A stretch of 64,000 nt of DNA from Candidatus Eiseniibacteriota bacterium (lineage in GTDB: Bacteria; Eisenbacteria; RBG-16-71-46), in assembly GCA_963744995.1 (NCBI GenBank), contig CAVUWA010000003.1, forward strand, positions 130,758-194,757, read 5' to 3'. Shown here piece by piece: positions 56,697-64,000 of this stretch. The number at the start of each line of letters is the position of its first letter. The stretch's first letter is position 1. The position numbers were made by a program, and so were the translations under genes. The notes beneath the pieces were generated by a model. It had not been told where the DNA came from, ran no database searches, and worked only from the letters and a program-made list of their open reading frames with translations.

Positions 56697-57707
56697 ATGT
56701 CCGAGCGCCATTCCCCGTCCTCCGGCACCGCGCGGGACGGCGATCCTCACGACGATTCGCCGCTCGCCGAGCTCACCGAGCTGACCGAGACCATCCGCGT
56801 GCGGCTGCTGCACGTCCTGGGGCTCGGCGGGGTGCCGCCGTGGGTGCTGGCACGGCGCGTCTCCGCCGCCGCGATGCGCAACGACTCGCTCGGCCAGGCC
56901 GCGAAGATCGCCTACTCGCTCCTGTTCGCGCTGTTCCCGTTCCTGATCTTCCTCACCACGCTGCCCGCGTTCCTGCCGATGCCGAACCTGCTCGACATGT
57001 TCATGCGCGGCGCCGAGCGGGTGGTGCCGGACGAGTCGCTGCATTACGTCCAGCGCAACATCCAGGTGCTGCTCGGTCACGAGCGCAGCGGCCTGCTGCT
57101 GATCTCGTTCCTCATCACCCTGTGGGCGGCCTCGAACGCGATCATGGTGGTGATGGAGTCGCTGAACCGCGCCTACGGCATCCGCGAGCGGCGGCCGTAC
57201 TGGAAGGTCGTGGGCACCTCCGCCGTGCTGTCCATCGGGCTCACGACGTTCACGCTGATGGCGGTCGTCCTCATGCTGCTCGGTTCGCAGATCGGCTCGC
57301 TGCTCGCCTATCAGGCCGGCTGGGGGCCGACGTTCCACACCGTCTGGGCGCTGCTGCGCTGGCCCGCGGTCGTGGTGATCCTGATGGTCGCGATGGCGGC
57401 GATCTACTACTTCGGCCCGGATCTCAGGCAGGGCTGGCGCTGGATGACGCCCGGCGCGATCTTCGCCGTGGTGGGCTGGATCGGCGCCTCGCTCGGGTTC
57501 TCCTACTACGTGCGGCACTTCGGGCACTACGACCAGCTGCACGGCAGCTTCGCGGCGATCCTGATGCTGATGACCTGGATGTACCTGAGCGGCCTGTTCG
57601 TGATCCTCGGCGGCGAGATCAACGCGAAGATCGAGCACGGCTCGCCGCATGGGCGCGAGCCGGGGCATCGCCGCCGCGGCGAGCATTCGCCCGACTCCCG
57701 CGATTGA
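56697..57707 (+). CDS. YihY/BrkB-family membrane protein
   Basis: AAKIAYSLLFALFPFL, LNRAYGIRE.R, PGA, Y..L.GSFAAILMLMTWMYL, GGEINA. Confidence 0.88.
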   Translation: MSERHSPSSGTARDGDPHDDSPLAELTELTETIRVRLLHVLGLGGVPPWVLARRVSAAAMRNDSLGQAAKIAYSLLFALFPFLIFLTTLPAFLPMPNLLDMFMRGAERVVPDESLHYVQRNIQVLLGHERSGLLLISFLITLWAASNAIMVVMESLNRAYGIRERRPYWKVVGTSAVLSIGLTTFTLMAVVLMLLGSQIGSLLAYQAGWGPTFHTVWALLRWPAVVVILMVAMAAIYYFGPDLRQGWRWMTPGAIFAVVGWIGASLGFSYYVRHFGHYDQLHGSFAAILMLMTWMYLSGLFVILGGEINAKIEHGSPHGREPGHRRRGEHSPDSRD

Positions 57708-57831
57708 ACCGCCGCCGCCTGCGCATGGCGAAGCCCCGGCCGGGATTCCCGACCGGGGCTCGTGAATCTCGGCGCGTCCCCCTTGCGCGTGGCGGCCGCC
57801 GCTTCGCAAGCCGCGCCGAATGCGGTGGCTC

Positions 57832-59283
<1,452 letters not shown>

Positions 59284-59304
59284 TCAAATCGTATGCTTAC
59301 GCAT

Positions 59305-59550
59305 ATGAAAAGAACGACCCTCGCCATCGAGCCATCCCTGTATGCGGATCTCAAGCGCCGTGCCGCGGAAGAAGGCCGCACGCTCACCGAGGTGGTCGAG
59401 CGCACGCTGCGTCTCGGGCTGCTCGCTCCCACGCATGCGCGCCGCGGCCGCATCGCGCTGCCCTCGTACGACCTGGGCCCCTGGCTCTCGAACCCGCGCG
59501 ACCGGACCACGTTCGGCATCGCACCACGCCGCGCGGAGGAGACCGATTGA
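59305..59550 (+). CDS. Ribbon-helix-helix antitoxin (VapB-like)
   Basis: MKRTTLAIEPSLYADLKRRAAEEGRTLTEVVE; stop overlaps the PIN gene. Upstream palindrome CATACG-N9-CGTATG at 59275-59295. Confidence 0.8.
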   Translation: MKRTTLAIEPSLYADLKRRAAEEGRTLTEVVERTLRLGLLAPTHARRGRIALPSYDLGPWLSNPRDRTTFGIAPRRAEETD

Positions 59551-60050
59551 TCGCGGTCGATGTGAGCGTGCTGGCCTACGCGGTCAATCGCTATGCGCCC
59601 GAGCACCGGCGCGCGGCCGGCGTGCTGGAGGATCTGGTGAACGGCGCGGCACCCTGGGCGCTGCCGTGGCCCGTGATCCACGAGTTCATGCGGCTGGTCA
59701 CGCACCCGCATTTCGTCGCGCGGCCGCTGCGCCCCGCGGATGCCTGGACCTTCGTCGAGGAGACGTTCCAAAGCCCGTCGCTGCGCCTGCTCGCCCCCAC
59801 CGATCGGCACGTCGCCGTGCTCGGCGAGGTCCTGCGCTTCGTGTCGGACGAGCGCGACTGGCTGCCGGGCATCGAGACGGCCGCGGTGCTGCGCGAGCAC
59901 GGCGTGCGCGAACTGCTGTCCTCGGACCGTGACATGCGCCGCTTCCGCTTTCTCGACGTTCGCGATCCCGTGCACGGCGACTGGTGGACGCCCGGCGCCC
60001 CCCCGGCACGACGCTACCGGCGCCTCACGACCCGGCGCCGCGCCGGCTGA
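59547..60050 (+). CDS. PIN-domain VapC-like toxin
   Basis: TTG start; IAVDVSVLAYA, WPVIHEFMRLVTHP, SSDRDM.RF. Confidence 0.8.
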   Translation: MIAVDVSVLAYAVNRYAPEHRRAAGVLEDLVNGAAPWALPWPVIHEFMRLVTHPHFVARPLRPADAWTFVEETFQSPSLRLLAPTDRHVAVLGEVLRFVSDERDWLPGIETAAVLREHGVRELLSSDRDMRRFRFLDVRDPVHGDWWTPGAPPARRYRRLTTRRRAG

Positions 60051-60314
60051 GGAACGGCGCGCGCGAGCACCGCGTCCCGTGCCCCGCACCGCCGATTCCG
60101 GCATATTTGTACGGTCCCACACATGGACGTGACGTCCGTGTGCGCCATCGCGCCTGACGGCCGATCTTTGACAACGCTGTGGCAGGAATCGGGAGAATTG
60201 ATTTGTGGCTGCAGGCCGTGGCGCCGAACATCAGAACAGCAGCCATGGATCTCCCCGCCAGGGCGGTTCCTGGAGTTCCCCATTGGGCCGTCACCCAAGT
60301 CCAGGAGGATGATC

Positions 60315-60776
60315 ATGCAGCGTTGGTACGCTCCGGTTGCGGGCCTGCTGGTGCTTGCGCTCGCCTTCCCCGCATTTGCGGGTGAGCCGCAGCGATGCAC
60401 GCTCGACATCCAGACGTGTCTGAATCAGATGGCCGCGAGAATGGAACACCGGGGCTACATGGGCCTCGAGTTCAACAAGGACGACAGTGGCCAGTACGTG
60501 GTGCGCAAAGTCGTCGCCCATACGCCGGCCGAGTCGGCGGGCTTCATGCCCGGCGACGTGATCCTCGTCGTGAACGGCGCACGCTGGAGCGACGCGGCCG
60601 CGATGGGCAAACTGAACTGGAACGCGGGCGCGCGCATGGCGGTGAAGGTCCTGCGCGGCACCGAGAAGAAGACGCTCAATGTCCGGCTCACCCACATGCC
60701 CCCGGACATCATCGCCCGCACGATCGGCGCCCACATGCTCGAGAACCACGTCACGCTGACCTCGGCCAGCCGCTAG
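60315..60776 (+). CDS. Exported PDZ-domain protein
   Basis: AGGAGG RBS, signal peptide, GYMGLEF, TPAESAGFMPGDVILVVNG. Confidence 0.8.
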   Translation: MQRWYAPVAGLLVLALAFPAFAGEPQRCTLDIQTCLNQMAARMEHRGYMGLEFNKDDSGQYVVRKVVAHTPAESAGFMPGDVILVVNGARWSDAAAMGKLNWNAGARMAVKVLRGTEKKTLNVRLTHMPPDIIARTIGAHMLENHVTLTSASR

Positions 60777-60865
60777 GCTCGAGCCTCTCATGGCGCGGGC
60801 GCCCCTTCGCAGGGGGCCCGGCGCGCCATCCCGTTCGCCGGGCTCCGCGCAGGCCCCGGGCCGGC

Positions 60866-60905
60866 ACGAAACGAAACGGGGGAACGCGTCACACGTTCCC
60901 CCGTT
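60866..60905 (-). terminator. Intrinsic terminator after metK
   Basis: 12-bp stem AACGGGGGAACG/CGTTCCCCCGTT with a T-rich tail on the minus strand. Confidence 0.7.
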
Positions 60906-60926
60906 CGTGAACTGCGTGTGCCGGGG

Positions 60927-62072
60927 CTAAGCGGAGCGCGCCAGCAGCCGCGCCTTGTCCGTCTTCTCCCACGTGAAACCGGGGCCGCTGCGACCAAAGT
61001 GCCCGTAGGCGGCCGTCGCCCGGTAGATCGGACGGCGCAGCTTGAGGTGCTTGATGAGCCCCTTGGGCGTCAGGTCGAAGTGCTTGCGCACGAGCCGCGT
61101 GAGCTTCTCGTCGGCGACCTTCCCGGTGCCCTTGGTGTCGATCATGATGCTCACCGGCTGCGGCACGCCGATCGCATAGGCCAGCTGGATCTCGACGCGG
61201 TCGCAGAGTCCGCTCGCCACCAGGTTCTTGGCGACGTAGCGCGCGCCGTACGAAGCCGAGCGGTCGACCTTGCTGGGGTCCTTGCCGCTGAACGCACCGC
61301 CGCCGTGGCTGCCGACGCCGCCATAGGTGTCGACGATGATCTTGCGGCCGGTGAGCCCGGTGTCCGCCATCGGCCCCCCCTTGATGAACTGGCCGGTCGG
61401 GTTGACGTGGAACTTGATCGGCTTGTTGCGGTCGATGAGCCGCTTGGGCAGAACGGGCAGGATGACGTGCTTGATCACGTCGCGCCGGATGCGGTCACGC
61501 TTCACGTTCTCGGCGTGCTGCGACGACACGACCACGGTGTCGATGCGCACCGGACGTCCGTTGTCGTATTCCACCGTGACCTGCGACTTGCCGTCGGGCC
61601 GCAGATAGCCGAGGCGGCCGTTGCGGCGCACCTGGGTGAGCCGGCGCGTGAGCTTGTGGGCCAGCGTGATCGGGAGCGGCATCAGCTCCTTCGTCTCGCG
61701 GCAGGCGAAGCCGAACATCAGGCCCTGGTCGCCGGCGCCGCCCTTGTCCACGCCCATCGCGATGTCGCCGGACTGATCGTCGATCGCGGTGATGACGGCG
61801 CAGGTGTGGCTGTCGAAGCCGAACTCCGCGCTGTCGTAGCCGATCTCGCCGATGACGCGCCGCACCAGGCTCGGGATCTCCACATAGCCCTGACTGCTGA
61901 TCTCCCCCGCCACGAAGGCCATGCCCGTCGTCACCAGCGTCTCGCAGGCGACGCGACTCATGGGGTCCTGGGCGATGAGGGCGTCGAGAAGGGAATCGGA
62001 GATCTGATCCGCGATCTTGTCGGGATGTCCCTCGGTGACGGACTCGGACGTGAACAGGTGACGGGAAATCAT
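60927..62072 (-). CDS. metK: S-adenosylmethionine synthase
   Basis: [36 protein letters not shown]. Confidence 0.97.
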   Translation of the reverse strand: MISRHLFTSESVTEGHPDKIADQISDSLLDALIAQDPMSRVACETLVTTGMAFVAGEISSQGYVEIPSLVRRVIGEIGYDSAEFGFDSHTCAVITAIDDQSGDIAMGVDKGGAGDQGLMFGFACRETKELMPLPITLAHKLTRRLTQVRRNGRLGYLRPDGKSQVTVEYDNGRPVRIDTVVVSSQHAENVKRDRIRRDVIKHVILPVLPKRLIDRNKPIKFHVNPTGQFIKGGPMADTGLTGRKIIVDTYGGVGSHGGGAFSGKDPSKVDRSASYGARYVAKNLVASGLCDRVEIQLAYAIGVPQPVSIMIDTKGTGKVADEKLTRLVRKHFDLTPKGLIKHLKLRRPIYRATAAYGHFGRSGPGFTWEKTDKARLLARSA

Positions 62073-62102
62073 GCGGTCTCCTCGAAAGTGAACTCCACGA
62101 CG

Positions 62103-63179
62103 TCAGGCCGGGGTCGATCCGCGCTCCGCGAGGCGGCGCTTGAAAGCGTCGATGCTCGCGATCGGCGTCGGATCCACACCGTTCAGAAACGCCAGATAGA
62201 GGCTCAGGTAATCGCCGAACTGGACCAGCTCGGCGAGCCGCGTCAGCCGCTCGCCTTCGCCCGCCCGGATGACATGCACCGCGGCGCCCTGACGTTCCGC
62301 GTACTCCGCGGTGAGCTCGAGCCGAGCGCGCACCGCCGGAGCGTCTTCGATGTCGTGCAGCAGCAGTACCGCCGCGCCGCGCAGCACGACACCCGGTTTC
62401 TCCCAGCCCACGATTTCGTTGTGGTTGAGTTCGGGAACCAGCGCCGAATGGCCGAACACCTTAGCATTTTCGTTCAGCTGCTGCAGGAGCCGTGTCGCGA
62501 CCGCGCCGATGGCGCGATTTCCCGCGTAGATCACGATCGACCTGCCGAGGACCGCACGAGCGAGCGCCTTCGCCGGGTTGTCCCGCTCCGGCGCGCCGAC
62601 GCCGACGGCACCCTCGCGTTCGCGCAGCCGCTCGACCGCCCGGCGCCACGAAGCGCGCGGGTCGTCCACCCACCCGAGCGCGTGCAGCAGACCCGTCAGG
62701 CTCACCCAGGAGCCGAACATGGCCGCGCGCGGCGGTGACCCTCCCGGCATCCGCATCGCCGTCACGCCGTCGCGTTCGCACCACTCGGCCAGCGTGCCGC
62801 CGGTGGTCAGCGCGACCCGCGGCACGCCGCGCGCGGCGGCCTCCCGGTAGAGCGAGAGCGTCTCCTCGGTGTTGCCGGAATAGGACGACAGCAGCGCGAG
62901 CGCCGAGCCGTCGACCCAGGCCGGCCAGCGATAGTCGCGCACGGTGAGCAGCGGGCGCGGCAGGCGGTCGGCGTATAGGGTCGCGCACAGGTCGGCGGAG
63001 ATCGCCGAGCCGCCCATCGCGCCGACGGCGAGCAGGCGCGGCGCCGCGGCCGGAGCCGGCCACGGCGTCGCGTCGAGCCGCTCCAGCGCGCTCTCGATCT
63101 GTTCGGGGATGGCGCGGATGCGTCCGGCCATGTCGCCTGCGTCGAGCGCGCGATCCGGCGGATCGAGCGGCGCGTTCAC
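62103..63179 (-). CDS. Bifunctional phosphoglucose/phosphomannose isomerase (SIS domain)
   Basis: MGGSAI, SYSGNTEET, PRAA, QLNENAK, PELNHNEI, DPTPI. GTG overlaps the enzyme I stop. Confidence 0.88.
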   Translation of the reverse strand: MNAPLDPPDRALDAGDMAGRIRAIPEQIESALERLDATPWPAPAAAPRLLAVGAMGGSAISADLCATLYADRLPRPLLTVRDYRWPAWVDGSALALLSSYSGNTEETLSLYREAAARGVPRVALTTGGTLAEWCERDGVTAMRMPGGSPPRAAMFGSWVSLTGLLHALGWVDDPRASWRRAVERLREREGAVGVGAPERDNPAKALARAVLGRSIVIYAGNRAIGAVATRLLQQLNENAKVFGHSALVPELNHNEIVGWEKPGVVLRGAAVLLLHDIEDAPAVRARLELTAEYAERQGAAVHVIRAGEGERLTRLAELVQFGDYLSLYLAFLNGVDPTPIASIDAFKRRLAERGSTPA

Positions 63180-64000
63180 ACCATGCTCCGCTTGGCCAGC
63201 AGATAGCTCGGCAGCAGCGGATCGATGCGCTCGCGGAGCAGGCGCTTCACTTCCTTCGCCGACGGCAGCGTGAGGGCCTCTGCTGCGATCTCGCGCGCCT
63301 CCTCCACACGAACGCCGCGGAGCGCCGCCTTCACGCGCGGCAGATCGAAGAACGACATGCTCATCTCGTCGACACCCATCCCGAGCAGCAGCACCGCGTG
63401 GCGCGGGTCGCCCGCCATCTCGCCGCAGATCCCCGCCCAGCGGCCCGCGGTGTGCGCGGCTTCGACGGCATGCCGGATACTGCGCAGCACGGAAGGCTCG
63501 AGCGGCTCGTACAGGTGAGCGAGGCGCTCGTTGCCGCGATCCATGGCCAGCGTGTACTGCACCAGATCGTTGGTTCCGATGCTCAGGAACGAGGCGTGCT
63601 GCATGAGCACGTCGGCGATCCACACCGCGCTGGGCGTCTCGACCATCACCCCGATTTCGATGTCCGCATCGAACGCGTCGCCGCGCCGGGTCAGCGTCGC
63701 ACGCGCCTTGGCGCAGATCTCGAGCGTGCGCTCCAGCTCGGACAGGTTGGACACCATGGGAAACATCATGCGCACGCGACCGTGCGCGCTGGCGCGGTAG
63801 ATCGCGCGGATCTGCGTCTCGAACACGTCCGGGTGCTGCAGCGCGAAACGGATCCCGCGCCAGCCGAGAAACGGGTTCGTCTCGTGCGTCGCGCCCAGGT
63901 AGGACGCCACCTTGTCGCCGCCGAGGTCCATCGTGCGGAACGTCACCGGATGCGGGTGCATGCGTTCGGCGACCGTCCGGTACGCCTCGTACTGCTCCGC
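63176..64000 (-). CDS. PTS enzyme I (phosphoenolpyruvate-protein phosphotransferase), 3' part
   Basis: RTMDLGGDK, NPFLGWRGIR, MVETP, SIGTNDLVQY, ICGEMAG. Confidence 0.93.
   Translation of the reverse strand, partial: AEQYEAYRTVAERMHPHPVTFRTMDLGGDKVASYLGATHETNPFLGWRGIRFALQHPDVFETQIRAIYRASAHGRVRMMFPMVSNLSELERTLEICAKARATLTRRGDAFDADIEIGVMVETPSAVWIADVLMQHASFLSIGTNDLVQYTLAMDRGNERLAHLYEPLEPSVLRSIRHAVEAAHTAGRWAGICGEMAGDPRHAVLLLGMGVDEMSMSFFDLPRVKAALRGVRVEEAREIAAEALTLPSAKEVKRLLRERIDPLLPSYLLAKRSMV

Overview
High-GC (about 70%) bacterial chromosome segment with about 53 CDS. No rRNA, tRNA, CRISPR array, transposase or phage genes were recognised. The PorV-like gene, TonB receptor, T9SS/FlgD-type C-terminal domains and DVPNDQGG-type FG-GAP protein suggest an FCB-associated candidate lineage such as Ca. 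Eisenbacteria (inference). From left to right: an outer-membrane cluster (beta-barrel, TonB receptor, 980-aa sorting-domain protein, PorV-like), a housekeeping run (ftsK-rimO-bamD-nadD-polA-coaE-prfB with its +1 frameshift, then PMM and mpg), assorted metabolic genes, two membrane pyrophosphatases of different subfamilies, a cold-shock gene and an M16 peptidase pair. Next come two adjacent signalling loci, then ahcY, a vapBC-like pair, metK, PGI/PMI and PTS enzyme I. The strongest novelty candidate is at 48.6-51.6 kb. There a sigma54-type promoter precedes an 86-aa secreted peptide with a GDPDxP core, followed by a TPR-containing sigma54 enhancer-binding protein whose N-terminal TPR-like region is low-GC and fragmented by frameshifts. 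This resembles a peptide-pheromone/receptor (RRNPP-like) circuit in a diderm. The second candidate is a BlaI/BlaR(M56) system whose sensor tail and co-transcribed secreted protein share a 29-aa repeat. A highly structured candidate ncRNA lies at about 47.2-47.4 kb. All product calls come from motif recognition by eye, and no searches were run.
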